A stretch of 64,000 bases of DNA from Chlorokybus atmophyticus. Taxonomy: Eukaryota; Plantae; Mesostigma and Chlorokybus algae. The stretch is taken from NCBI GenBank assembly GCA_009103225.1, contig RHPI01002272.1, positions 121,784-185,783 on the forward strand. The letters are read 5' to 3'. The translations under genes and the position numbers were made by a program. This document shows, piece by piece, positions 1 to 12,256 of this stretch. The notes below the pieces were generated by a model. The model saw only the letters and a program-made list of their open reading frames with translations. It was not told where the DNA came from and ran no database searches. How positions within the stretch are numbered: the first letter of the stretch is position 1; every line of letters begins with the position of its first letter.

Positions 1-119
1 CCCCCCCCCCCCCCCCTCCCCCCCAATGGGGAGGTTGTCAGTGCTTGTTTGCTCAGCACAGTCAACAGCTCTACAGCACTCAGTTGGTGACAATTGTCGT
101 TGAACTGATTCTTTGATAG

Positions 120-325
120 GAGTTGGGCGCACTGCACCCATTGTAAGGCTGGCCTGCACTGCGCTTGGCTGAGCAGCACAACCAGAAGCGCTTGCTTGAG
201 ATGGACCGATTGGTGATTCGGAGGCTGCCTGCAGTGCTAGCTGCTGCTACATCCATTGTTACTGGTGCCGGCTACTGGAACCACACATATCTCAATTTGG
301 ACGCTCCTAATGATGCTGCTATGGT
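120..325 (+). pseudogene. Degenerate exon of an unknown gene, paralogous to 18340-18551
   Basis: Both copies follow the acceptor ctttga(t/c)ag|gagttgggcgc. They align as LLEMDRLVIRRLPAVLAAATSIVTGAGYWNH vs LLAMGGLVCGRLPAVLTAGASIVTDSGYWNH, with several synonymous changes. This copy has an in-frame TGA and a frameshift. Confidence 0.5.
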
Positions 326-429
326 GTAAGTTCAACTACAGCTTTCCTTGTAAAGCAAGCAGAGCATTCCTGTTGCAATAAAATGCTGCACCATGCTCAT
401 AAGATTTTGCATGTGCTGCGGCAAGTAGC

Positions 430-920
430 GGGCAGGGACGAGAGGCAACAGGGGCACTGTCCGCGACGCCAGCGGCAATATTGACAGCAATCATCAGCTG
501 CTGCCAGTTCGACAACCAAGACAAAGAGCGCGGAGACTTGCCGAGCAACTGCAACAAGACAACATAGACGTCATCGTGGACTTCAAGAACCAGTACAAGT
601 CATGGCCGGCTTTCATTGCAAATGCTGCCGGCACAAAGGTAGCACTTGTCACATTATTACTGGTGGTGAACACCTTGCGCATGGTTGCTGTCATCAACAA
701 ACCCCAACTTCTGGCATCTTATGTAGTAAGCAGGCACGTCTGCATGATAGCAATGCATGCTGTGATTTGCAAATCGCAATTGTTCTCATGATGCTTTAGG
801 TGATCGTAGCCGTGTGATGAGCATTATGAGAGATTGTAATTCAGGAGCCGACCGCAGCTGATGCATTGGGGGCGGGGATGCACGACTACTACACAACGAA
901 CAAGGTTTATGAGAAGCTGA
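430..920 (+). pseudogene. Possible degenerate TIR/SEFIR-like domain in two exons
   Basis: Putative spliced reading ARRLAEQLQQDNIDVIVDFKNQYKSWPAFIANAAGTK|VIVAV loosely resembles the alphaA-betaB-alphaB-betaC part of TIR/SEFIR domains. The second exon has TGA stops. Resemblance judged by eye only. Confidence 0.25.
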
Positions 921-1678
921 GGTAGTTGGTTCTGATTGTCATGTTTTGTAAACAAATGCTTCTACACATGCAGACTTGCCTACCACTCTAGACACTCTAG
1001 ACACTCTAGACATATGTACACCGGTTGTGTAGCGCTTCATGCTCAGCTATAGGCTTTCCAGTGGTTCCTTGCAAGCAAAGCATCATCACACCAGCACAGC
1101 AAGCACACGCACAGCCATCAGCACAAGACTCTATGACGCGCACTCTTACACCCACACGGTCACGGACACGCTCACTACCAACACGTGGTGCATTAAGTAC
1201 GAGAAAGTTTTGTCAGGCATCCTTGGACTTATGTGCAAAACAAAGGGCAGCACTTGGTCAGCAGGTGCACCTGCTGTGCACCTGCTCACCAAATGACTGC
1301 TTGCTGCAACATGCTTTGCATGTACTTGTCGCCAAGGCATGACATGACAGATCATCTTCAGCTATCATTGTCGCAATCACTAAGCTGGAACATATTCACA
1401 CAATCTATTAATTACCTCAGCTCTGACGTTTGCCCCACCCTTATCCACACACCATTAAATGGCATATTATTCGGATGCCAATGACCATCATGCTGTACAC
1501 GCATATTGGGTTGCATTATATGCATGCACACGAGCAGCCGATGTGCATCTCATATAAGTATCTACGTGTTGAAACTGTTCGCAGACAAAGGCTACTATGT
1601 CTCCTCACTGCCTCGCAGATTGGCAAGTGCGAGGTGGATTCAACAGTCAGAAAGATAGGATTACTACCCAAATGTGCC

Positions 1679-2365
1679 TCATCTCCTCCTTAACAGCTTG
1701 CGAAGTGACGTTGATGTTCCCGCTTTCTCATCAGAGAGCCGATGAGCCTCCTGCCTGAGGTCATCATCAGGCTCCCGGGCCCCTCTCACCCCAGCAGTGA
1801 CGAGCTCCTCTAGTGCATTGTCGATTGAGCTCTTATTCCTCTCAGGGTACGCATTGCGGTATGCCTGCTCCAGCAGGTAATAACGCCGCGGCCGCACAAC
1901 AGCCTCAGCAACCGAGAGACGAAGGTAATGCTTGCCGTTGGAGGCATAAAAATTCGCACCCTTTTGAGAATACCAGTTGGCAATGTCGATGGGCTCCACC
2001 AGCAACCGATAGTTGTTGCCTCTGGCGAGCCAGTCGCTTGTGGAAGAAAAAATGTCCTCTGGGATGGAACCGCGCTCGTACTGCGTTGTAACCCAATCCC
2101 AAAAGTTTTTCAGTTTACCCCGAGCTCTCTCAATCTGTGGTGGCCGGTTCTTTTTGAAGCCAACATAGTAGTCCTGTTCGTCCTGGTACTGCTTGATAAC
2201 ATCCATCGCGTCATCAACACCATCGTACTTTATAGACAGCTCTGCTACCTGCCTGTTTCGAGCATCTTCCCTGTTGCGCACAAAAGCATACAGTCCAAAC
2301 AGGAACCCGAGCAAGCCGATCAGACAGGCGAGGATGCTGGGCCAGGGAGGCGCTGGTTCAGCCAT
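1679..2365 (-). CDS. Intronless 228-aa protein with N-terminal transmembrane helix; resembles bacterial DUF4760-like proteins
   Basis: ATG at 2365, TGA at 1679-1681, uninterrupted frame. Hydrophobic ILACLIGLLGFLFGLYAFV is followed by RNRE and a helical region with ARGKLKNFWDWVTTQYERGSI and LLVEPIDIANW. Confidence 0.65.
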   Translation of the reverse strand: MAEPAPPWPSILACLIGLLGFLFGLYAFVRNREDARNRQVAELSIKYDGVDDAMDVIKQYQDEQDYYVGFKKNRPPQIERARGKLKNFWDWVTTQYERGSIPEDIFSSTSDWLARGNNYRLLVEPIDIANWYSQKGANFYASNGKHYLRLSVAEAVVRPRRYYLLEQAYRNAYPERNKSSIDNALEELVTAGVRGAREPDDDLRQEAHRLSDEKAGTSTSLRKLLRRR

Positions 2366-5300
2366 CTGTTGGGTTGTAATAAGCCCCGCGCGTGCATGCG
2401 CTTTTGCTCTTGCTCCTTCCCCTCTGTACAGCGGACTCGGGCACTGCGCATGCACGTGTTGATGTTCAGTTCACTGTTCAATTGATCCCCATTGCATAGA
2501 GCGAATATGTTGCAACACCCCGCAGCAGTGCAAACGCTCCTGCAACCAATTGAATGCAGACTTACTCAACGTGTGTAAGCTAAGCTGCCCCAAACTAAGC
2601 ACCAGCCCAGCCAATCTGTGGTGACTCGGACTGGCACGACTCAGTTCAGCTGGCGAGCATGATGGCAGCAACTGTTTACGGACATGTTTACAGCATGGCT
2701 AAACGTGAGCGCTCGCATTAAGCAACAGCAACAATATTATAAATTCAAAAGCCCGCTGCAGCGGCCAGGCTGGAGCAAGAAACGCAAGCAGTACAGTGCT
2801 ACGCCGGTACATGTGCATGCATGCAAGCCAGCTTGAGCAAGCTGTTGCACCTGTCGGTACATAGACAGGCAGCACTGATGGCGTCTTGCACCTTCTAGCT
2901 AGCAAGCCAAAATAACCTCTCCCCAGGTTGGAGCTTCAGGCTTCTTCTTGCTCCAGCAGCAAGCTCTGAAGTTGAAGCCAACAGCTTCAGAGCAAGGACA
3001 GCGCCTCCTTCCTGACCCAGCCAGCCAGCAACCTCGTCGAGCTACCGCAGCGCCCCTTCCTACAGGCGCAAGTTGCCCATACCCTTACCCCTTCAGCGGA
3101 ACGGCAGCGTCGCCGCCCGCCCCCTCCTCCCTCCCGCCCACAGCGTCAACAAGCTGGTTCAACTTAACGCGAGCATTCCATTTATGAGGGGTAGGAGAAA
3201 GTCTTGCGGCCAGCACTTGACTTCGTCTCATCGGCTGCATGCGACATGAAACATGTCTTCGGGTCCAAAAGAACAAGATACCGGCAGGTTACAGAACAAT
3301 GTCGTCTTCTGACAAAGTCTTTGTTACAATGACTGGACTTGCAGTATGGGCTCTGGTGTTTGGGTTTGAATAAGCGAGCCGTTAAGACGCTATGCGACAG
3401 AGGAGACCTGAATGCCCGTACACTGTGTGCTAGAGATTGGCGGCGGAGTGAGTGGGGCGGAGCTGAGCCGTCATGCAGCTGGAGCTGTCTGCTGCTGGAG
3501 ATGAGTGGTGCAAGCCGCTAACTGTCGGAGCAGCTACGCCCTCCGCCCGCCGGCTGCGCAGCGCAAAAGCTAGCGTTGGCTGCAAACACGGTGCGCTATA
3601 CCTTCTGCTGTTTGGATTGGGCTGCGCGTGTTTGCTGACATAAGTGTCACTGAGCCATGCTCCTGCAGACAAGGTTGTCAAAGTCATCAACCCTTGTGAC
3701 GCTGCGAGGTGTCTGCAGGTACGAGTGGCTTGACAATTGAAGATAGCAGTAGATAGAAGTAGGCATTGACGCACCAAGTAGTGATTGGTCCTCGTGATTT
3801 GAGTTCTGCATGAAAGCTGTCACATCACTGCTTGCAGACATGCTGCTGACAGCATGACAGCAGCCACCTCGTTGCTGTCGTATTCTCCATCACCAATGAT
3901 GATGTCTCTAATACAATTATGGCAACCCTGCGTTCCGCGGCCACCATACACTTTCGCGTGCATGTTATGCTGCGTACGGGCATCTACAACATGTCCTATT
4001 GCAGGTGACTGGTAGGTGCTGGCTGGCAACTGCCTCGCGTCTGTCACTACTTGCTCAACATCTATGGTTTATAGTTTTTGCAAAAGCTTTTGCACCACAG
4101 GTATGAGGCTGGATTTAGATGTTGAAAGTTCAGGTGTAAGCAGCTTGGAAATGGTCACAAAATGGTGATACAAAACGCCTTGAAATGTGAGTTGATTTCT
4201 CATAATGCGTGTGCGCGTGTGCGCACGAGCGTGTCAATGTACATGCATGTGGACTACACAACGACAACAACAACAACAACAACAGCAGCCGACACTGCAG
4301 GTCGCCTTCCACCATTGCATCAACATTTCTTGTAGCAATTGTGTGACCAAGTACATGTACCGTTGGCTTGATGTTGGTTATGAATGTAACAGATCAGCAG
4401 ATTAGCAGCACTCGTACCAGTTATATCAATCCTAGACAAATACAAGTTGTTGGATCAGAGTGCAGTGACGTTTTCCAACTCTGCATTCCAACAAAGTGGG
4501 TCATTATCAAGCATGCACATTGTCATTGTTGGGTGGTTAAAACAGACATTTGGGTGAGCGTCCCATGAACACATCCAGAAACCATCAGTCAACTCTACAA
4601 CTCACCACCTGTAATAGTCAATAAGTTATTGAGTAAGTTATTGAAAGCGTTGCAATCTGAGCTAGTAATTGAGGATGATGCGATGGTTGCTACACTTGTG
4701 AAACATTCAAATACTCCACTAACAGCCACTCCAAGTGCAATTGCACACATTAGTCATATGTCCACGTATGTATCAGAACAATTACCTGCGAGTCAACTGT
4801 TGGTGGGTGCGAATTGAGACCATTGAGACAAGTATTGTCCACATGTGAAGCTTATGCAAATCCACAGGCTGTAAACCTGCTATAAACACCAACAACAACA
4901 ACAACAACGTCTAGTACATGTCACAATGCAGCGCTGGCTGAAGTAGAGTCTCAATGTACGTAACAGCACAGCGACAACGACAATGACAGAATCACGCATT
5001 CCGCTAGCCGTCAACCCACCTCATCACTCTTGTCACCAACATTGCGCCACCATATACCTGGGCTGCCACGACCCCGTCCGACGCCCACCCGCACGCCCAC
5101 TCGCATCTGCCTCATCACGCATAAACCAGCGTGTGAGGCATGTAGCTTCAACCCCCTTTGTCGTGCACACGTGATGTGCAGTTGTTGGTGAATGCTGTGA
5201 ATGAATGCTGCTACCCAAGTACACATAATATGTCATGTAGGCAACACGCATTGCACTCGCACGTGCACAATGTGTACTGAATGGAGTGGGTAGAAGAGAC

Positions 5301-7169
5301 TCCCACAGCGTACAAGTGCGAAGGTATTCAGTCCAGATTAGTAATCAGTGACGATTAGACTTACCACAAGCAATAGGGCCCAGAGAAAGCATGGGGTTGC
5401 ATTTGTTTTCTTGAGAGGCGACTTGGATTTGATGTCTGCATGACAAACTGCCAGTGCGCATGCATGCAGGTGCGCTTGTATGTAAGAGCGCGCTTGATTG
5501 TGCGCAAAAGGGCTGTGGTGTACCATGAGTATGTGCGTAGATGTACCAGGAGTGACAGCAACACACATGAAGGTTCAGCGATGCGCATGCACAAGAAAGC
5601 AATAGAAAGGCTGGGCTGGAGAGAGAGATGGAAAGACGGCAGGTTGTCTTCTGCTACTTACCAAGGAAACGGCAGTAATTGCTACACACCGAGCGTAAAC
5701 CCGCTGCCAACATCATCACGCGCCGCCGCCACCCAACGCTGTCTCGATAATGATAACTAAGCCATTAAGCTCATCACCAGATTGTCTTTGTTGGGCGGGA
5801 GCGGCGGCCAGCCTTGTCGTCTATGCCGTGGAGTAAACAGGCGTCCTTCTCGCTGCCTGGCGGGTGGCTTCCTCCACCTTAACCTTACCGGCATTAGCAG
5901 CACAGGTGAAAGTATTACAGGTCGGCTCCCACTCCGCCGCTTCCGCTTTTCCTCTCTCGCTTCTCATTCCCAATTGCACGCAATCAGCTGGTCTGCACTC
6001 TCCTTATCAATGGCCATTGTCTGTAAGAAAGTACATTTGAGCCGACATGCATGTCGGGTCGCAAGAGGATGTGGGCGGATGTTGCTTGCTGGGCATGTGT
6101 TGAAGAGAATGCCTGCAGGTTTGTGTGAACATGAGCCAGTAAAAGTGAGAGTCCATGAGCATGCCAGTAACAGAGAGCGTACACATGTCTGTGAGTGTGT
6201 GGTTGGAGAACTTGCACGTAGAGCTTTGTGCGTAACTGCATGTGGGGACGTTGATTGGTAGCATGTAGCGCTTGACTTGTGAGTCAGTGGTCTTGTCTAT
6301 GTTATGACAGTATTATGTCAAAGGTGCAGCGTTGTCCAACTCATATTAACACTTGATGTTGCGCGCGTGTCCTGCTGTTGTCCCGTTGCCGACAGCCATT
6401 TTCGTATGTTGACGGGTGACAGCACCCTTACACACTACCATGCTTCATGCTGTGCAGTGCAGCTGTAATGTGTTTGCGTTGTGCACGTATCATGTCCCAG
6501 CAATGTACAAACATCTTACTTGCTCCCATGCATGCCCAGTAAGCTTCCAACATCCAACCCATTGTTGCTCTTTACAGGGCAGCGCTGGGAGAGCAGTAGG
6601 ATGTTGTGTACAGCATCCAGCATGACGCACTCAACAACCTTGCGCTGTGTTAGGTGTTCTCGGAATGGTTCGTGCGCTGGTCGCTCTGCCTACACCAAAA
6701 GGACTGGCTAGTGCGCAGCGTCAGCAACAACATTAGTCAGCCAGTGAAGCTTCACTTTTTGGGATCACCCCAACCGACTAAGGACAGCTGTGCGGCAAAT
6801 GGTTGGTAGTCTATTACAGGGGTGATGCGGTTGCATGCGCACAACACATGCACATGGGTGCCAAGGAACCTGCCATCATGCACCTGGTAAGGTGTAGTAT
6901 ACGAGTGTAGGTTACATATGAGACACACATCAGCTTAAAGCAGCTTGTGAGTCTCTCATACTTCGCTCACAACGGGGATGGGACATCCTGCTCCACCCTT
7001 TTTAGGCATGCAAATCAAGCGGAGTTATAAGCGTAATTGGTACATAGAGACCGAATTCTCACCAGCCGGCGCCCACAAATTGAGTCAGTTCGCTCTTGCA
7101 GGCTCCGCTAAAGAGGCCTCATTCCTAGGAGTGGCATTACTAACGCTGCTGAAGTGCGGTGTGCGCTGA

Positions 7170-7699
7170 CCAGGGGGGGGGGGGGGGGGGGGGGNNNNNN
7201 NNNNNNNNNNNNNNNNNNNNNNNNNNNNNNNNNNNNNNNNNNNNNNNNNNNNNNNNNNNNNNNNNNNNNNNNNNNNNNNNNNNNNNNNNNNNNNNNNNNN
7301 NNNNNNNNNNNNNNNNNNNNNNNNNNNNNNNNNNNNNNNNNNNNNNNNNNNNNNNNNNNNNNNNNNNNNNNNNNNNNNNNNNNNNNNNNNNNNNNNNNNN
7401 NNNNNNNNNNNNNNNNNNNNNNNNNNNNNNNNNNNNNNNNNNNNNNNNNNNNNNNNNNNNNNNNNNNNNNNNNNNNNNNNNNNNNNNNNNNNNNNNNNNN
7501 NNNNNNNNNNNNNNNNNNNNNNNNNNNNNNNNNNNNNNNNNNNNNNNNNNNNNNNNNNNNNNNNNNNNNNNNNNNNNNNNNNNNNNNNNNNNNNNNNNNN
7601 NNNNNNNNNNNNNNNNNNNNNNNNNNNNNNNNNNNNNNNNNNNNNNNNNNNNNNNNNNNNNNNNNNNNNNGGGGGGGGGGGGGGGGGGGGGGGGGGGGG
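7170..7699. other. Assembly gap (N run) flanked by poly-G
   Basis: N run 7195-7670 with G homopolymers on both sides. The window also starts with a C homopolymer. Confidence 0.98.
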
Positions 7700-8169
7700 G
7701 CGCGGGGCCGATGTACCTAATCTCGTGGGTGAGCGGGGCCTTGAGTTCCAGCAGGTTACAGCCGTTCAAGCAGACCCTTTCTGGGCGGCTATCAGAACAA
7801 ACTCAAGGTGTCTCAGCAGCCTGGAATTTTTGACCACCTTGTAGCAAATCCACACAGCCAGCCCGGGCATGTCAGAATCCTTGTGCAGTCTCTTAATATA
7901 TGACGTTCTTCAGCATGACACGACTAATGAAATTGATTTGTTACCGTTGTCGCCAATCTAACATAACACTCCCCACATCCTGTTCGCTAGAGTGTGTCAA
8001 CACACTTTACTGCTTATACCGCAATGTTGCGGTATAAGCAGACAAAACGGCAACAGGCGCACATTTTTGCCATACTTAACAAAGGCGCTATGAAGCAGAG
8101 CGTTGTTAGAGAGCCTATGACTGTTGGCAATGTGCATAGTCTGGCATGGTAGGCGCCTACCACACCTGT

Positions 8170-8325
8170 CTCAAAGGGCCTACGCCTTGTCGTACTTGCC
8201 CTGCCTTTGCAGCACGAGTGCCAGGTTGTCAACAGCCGTTGCGGTGTTGGGGTGGTCCGGCCCCAGCTTCGCCCCGTTACTCGCTAGCCTTTGCAGGGCT
8301 GTGGCCTTGGCCGTACTTGCCCTAA
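8170..8325 (-). pseudogene. Degenerate kinesin-light-chain-type TPR repeat
   Basis: Minus frame reads AKLGPDHPNTATAVDNLALVLQRQGKYDKA*AL*, the same repeat type as in 12257-12790. Confidence 0.8.
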
Positions 8326-9269
8326 CTCGTACAGTTACATCGCAATATCCCAAAAGCGTAGCCAGCGTGACAAGCCTTGATCTTTAGCCTGCTGCAAACT
8401 GCGTTGGCATCTGCGCTAAGTACTCTGCTGCCCTGCTGGTGCATCCTTGCAGCATAGGAAGGCTACACAACAGCCCTCGACCACCAAGAGCTGCGACTGC
8501 CATTGTAGTCAGAACAATAAGCCTCGCCACTGGTTGTGTACCCAGCGAGTCAGGTCGGTTGTCAAACAACCGGCACAGTACAACAGCAGCAAGCGTTTGA
8601 CACCACGTCCATCGCCTGCGTGACAGCGTGTGTAGGTCGGTGCTCAAGAGTGAGTGTGCATGCGCTGAGTTCGGTCTATGAGATTGGATGAGGTAATGTG
8701 CACGCACATGTGCGCAAGTCAGCTTGCGTACCCGTCTGTGTAGGTCGGTATGAGAGTGGCTACGTGCGTGTTCGCGTGTCAGTCTTTGTAGGCCTAAGAG
8801 AGGGTATGTGCGGGGCACGTGCTCCATAGTATAATTAGCGCACGCGTGTCAGTCTTTGTAGGCCTAAGATGTGTTGCTGTATGCATATGCGTGTACATGT
8901 GTATCTGCGCACAATTTGTGTATGCCAGTTTGAGCAGCTGTGCAACATGAGCATGTGCATGTGGCTGCTCTTACCTGGTAGTGTTCGGGGCTACCATATC
9001 TGGCAGCGCCAGTTTGCCTCCCGCCTACGTCCTTGCACATGATAAGAAGACAACAAAAGGATGCTGGCAATGCCGCCAAGCCGCTGTACTTGCTTCCGTC
9101 CTGCTCCTGTTGCACTGCGAGTCCACTGGCAGATCACTAGAGCTAACAATTAGCCATACTTGCTTCTGTCCAGCTCCTCCAGCAGCTCCTCCAGCCGCAA
9201 CAACGCAGCAACAACAGCAGGAGCCAGCTTATGGACAGATGACCCCTAGCCAGCCGCACCAGCCAGGGG

Positions 9270-12053
9270 GAGCACCCACGTTGGTCAGCTTTCACAGAGT
9301 AGCCAGCTTGCCGAAGGAGTCCAGCAGCGCCACCAAGCTGTTGTGCGAAGGCATTGAGAACAGCTCTTGCAGTTTAGCGAGCTTGCCGAAGGAATCTGGC
9401 CTCCAAGCTGGTGCACCAGTTTAGCACCAGACATTGCAAGTGAGCGAGCTCGTCGAAGGACTCCGGCAGTGCCGTCAAGCTGCTGCACCAGGTCAAGTAC
9501 AGCGTCCGCAGCGAAACGAGCTCGCCAAAGGACTCCGGCAGCGCCCCCAAGCTGCCGCACCTGCTCAGGTCCAGTGTATGCAAATCAGCGAGCTTGCAGA
9601 AGGACTCCGGCAGCACTGCCAAGCTGTTGCAACCGCTTAGATTCAGCTCTTGCAGCTTAGCAAGCTTGCCGAAGGACTTTGGCAGCTCTGCCAAGCTGTC
9701 GCACCCGCGCAGTTTCAGCGTTTGCAGAGCTGTGAGATTTCCAAAAGACTCGGGGAGCACGCTTAACCCCGTGTTGGTGAAGTCCAGAGTCTGTAGCATA
9801 GCTAGCTCGCCAAGCGCTTAAGGTATTTCTTTTAGGCATCCACAGCCCCGCAGCACAAGGACTTGCAGCGCCTGAAGGTTTCTGATGGACTCAGTCACTA
9901 CCATTGCAACATCATCATTATGAACGGTTTGTTCTATGATTAAGACGACCAAGTTTGTGCAGTCTGCAAGTTTTGGCAGCAGCGTCAATAGAGCTGAACA
10001 GCGTGGACGTTTCCACTTCAGATAGACCAGCTTTTTAGGGACCGCCCCGAGAAAATTGCCATTCCAATCAGTCATGCCAAGATCCAGCATGCGGAGACAA
10101 GGCATTGAAGGCATGCCAAATATTGTTTCTTTCTCGTCAACATCAGCCAAAGACATAGTCTCAACCTTCTCATAGGCCTGCATGCAGCAATGAAAACCCG
10201 CGTTAGTCAACACCGTGACATGAAGGCACCGTGACATGAAGGCACTGAGATGCGCATTGCTAGCACCTCCTGAGGTATGTCTCCTAATGCCTTTGGGTTC
10301 CAGATGTTCTTGGACGAGCTACCAATAGTGTCATTGACAATCATTCGCCCCATGTCACGGAGTTGGTCGTGTACAGAGAACACCACATCGGACTCATCGG
10401 CCACACACATGCCATAATGAAAGCCATCTATCGCGATTGGTACCAAGCGCACGAGGGACAACTCCACCAAGCCATCCAGCGTATCTGACGCGTTGCCCCA
10501 CGCTGGAAGCAGCATGTCCTTGCTCTTCCCCAATGCAAAGCAGCAGATGTCCAAAAACATTTGCTGTTCCTCGTGTGACAGATAGTCGTAGCTGAGCTTG
10601 AGCTTTTCCCACAGCTTTTTGTCAGCTGTACCTGCCTTCCCGGTTGCCTTCTGCAATCGCTACAGTGCCTGGTTCCAAGCCGGCACATCAGTATGTTTGC
10701 GCGTGCGGAGAAAGGAGCCCACAACCTCCAGCGCAAGGGGCAGGCCCTGGCACTGCTTAATGATATCTTCAACAGTGGTGTTCAGATCTGGAGGCACTAC
10801 TTGCGATTTGAAGGCATGTTGGCAGAACAGTTCTCTAGCAAATTGGTCGTTGAGTAGCGGCACTTCCTCCACCAATGTATGCTTCTCATGCCCTTCCAGT
10901 AAGGAGCGGTTGCGCGAGGTCACTAGCACAACACTGCCAGTACCAAGACGACTGTCTTCTCCAATGTTGAAAGGACCGAGCAGGGCTTCTTTTTGGTCCA
11001 TGTCCCAGATGTCATCAACAAACAGCAACACCTTTTGCCCTTTCAAGCGTTGATCCAGGATAGCCTTTCCTCCTGAAATGGAGTTGAATGCATCTCCAGA
11101 CTCGGGAGAACTCCCGAGCTCTTTGAGCATCTGCTTTTGCAGCTGTACCAGCCTCCCGTTGTTTTGACAAGGTTCATTTCCGACCTCTACAAAGCAGCTG
11201 CTGCCAGCATAGTCGCTGTGCAGCTTGTTGTATATCGCCTTTGCGAGTGTAGTCTTTCCAATGCCGCCCATGCCCCAAAGACCCAGCATGACGACCTTGC
11301 CTCCAGCGGCAGCAGCACTCAGCTTCTGGAGCACATCTTCAAGGCGCACTTCAATGTCTACTGGGTGACTGGCAACTTCCAAAACAGGGCGGGGTAACTT
11401 TCTCAACACATCTTTTACCACTTGCTCTGCTAAAGCAGCCGTGGTACTGACAAAGAGCAAATGTTAGGAACCAATGCAAAGACGCAGCAGTGACGTACGG
11501 ATCACAACTCGTCTCACTTGAATTGATCAAGCCTCCATCCCGGTTTGTTGAATGCTTCATCCAACGCTGTACAGTAAGCAGATGCGTTTTGAACAAATCG
11601 CTCCTCACCACGCAGCTTTGCACTGAGACCAAAAACTCTCAGGAACAATCTGCTGATTGAGGTGGAGCAACACTCGCCTGCGAATGCTTGACTGAATAGA
11701 GTATTTCAGTGTGTCAAAATCGTCGTCAAAGAAGATAGGCATGATAACGTATGCCGGATCCTCCATCATGATGCGCAGCTCCTCAAGGCAGTACCAGGAG
11801 TGTCCATAACCGCGCGAAAGAACAGGAATCTTGATGCGAGAGGACCGCAGATTGGCAATGATGACATCCCACGCTTTGTTAATTTCCCCGGGCTGCAAGC
11901 TGAGCTCATCAACAAAGCAGGTGATGTTAACCTTGTCAAGACCGCGCTGCAGATAGTCGACAAAATTGTCTTTAACGTCAGGCCCTCTATGGCTGAGAAA
12001 ACTATCGCAGCGAGCGTGAGGAGTAGTCTTCAATAGCGGCAACTTGTCTCCGT
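9270..12053 (-). pseudogene. TIR-NB-ARC-LRR module, multi-exon and disrupted
   Basis: TIR: CDSFLSHRGPD...SWYCLEEL. NB-ARC: P-loop GMGGIGKTT, kinase-2 LLFVDDIW, RNBS-B VLVTSR, GLPLAL, RNBS-D LKLSYDYL, VHD motif. LRRs of type LPESFGxLxxLxxLxL. In-frame TAG at 10660-10662, TAA at 9818-9820, frameshift near 9400. Intron 10178-10266. Exon structure at 11460-11660 is uncertain. Confidence 0.9.
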
Positions 12054-12256
12054 CTGCAACACGCAAGTTAACTTGTCAGTAGTCTCATGGAGCATTATGA
12101 TATCTAAAGACTTGCCTTGCACTCAGCTGGACCCAAAAAGGGTTACGGGTTGCGCAGCAATTAAGCTTGACCCCGGGCGCACAATACACATCAACACAAG
12201 ACATAACAGCACACAAGCATGTGAGCATAGGAATGTTGGTGTTGTCACCAGTTTAC

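Noticed and set aside
2500-7100. Short ORFs and CAA microsatellites (about 4262-4290 and 4889-4908) in the intergenic stretch
   Set aside because: No recognisable domains or consistent exon chain could be supported.
7140-7833. Long ORFs across the N run
   Set aside because: Artefacts of translating Ns and flanking poly-G.
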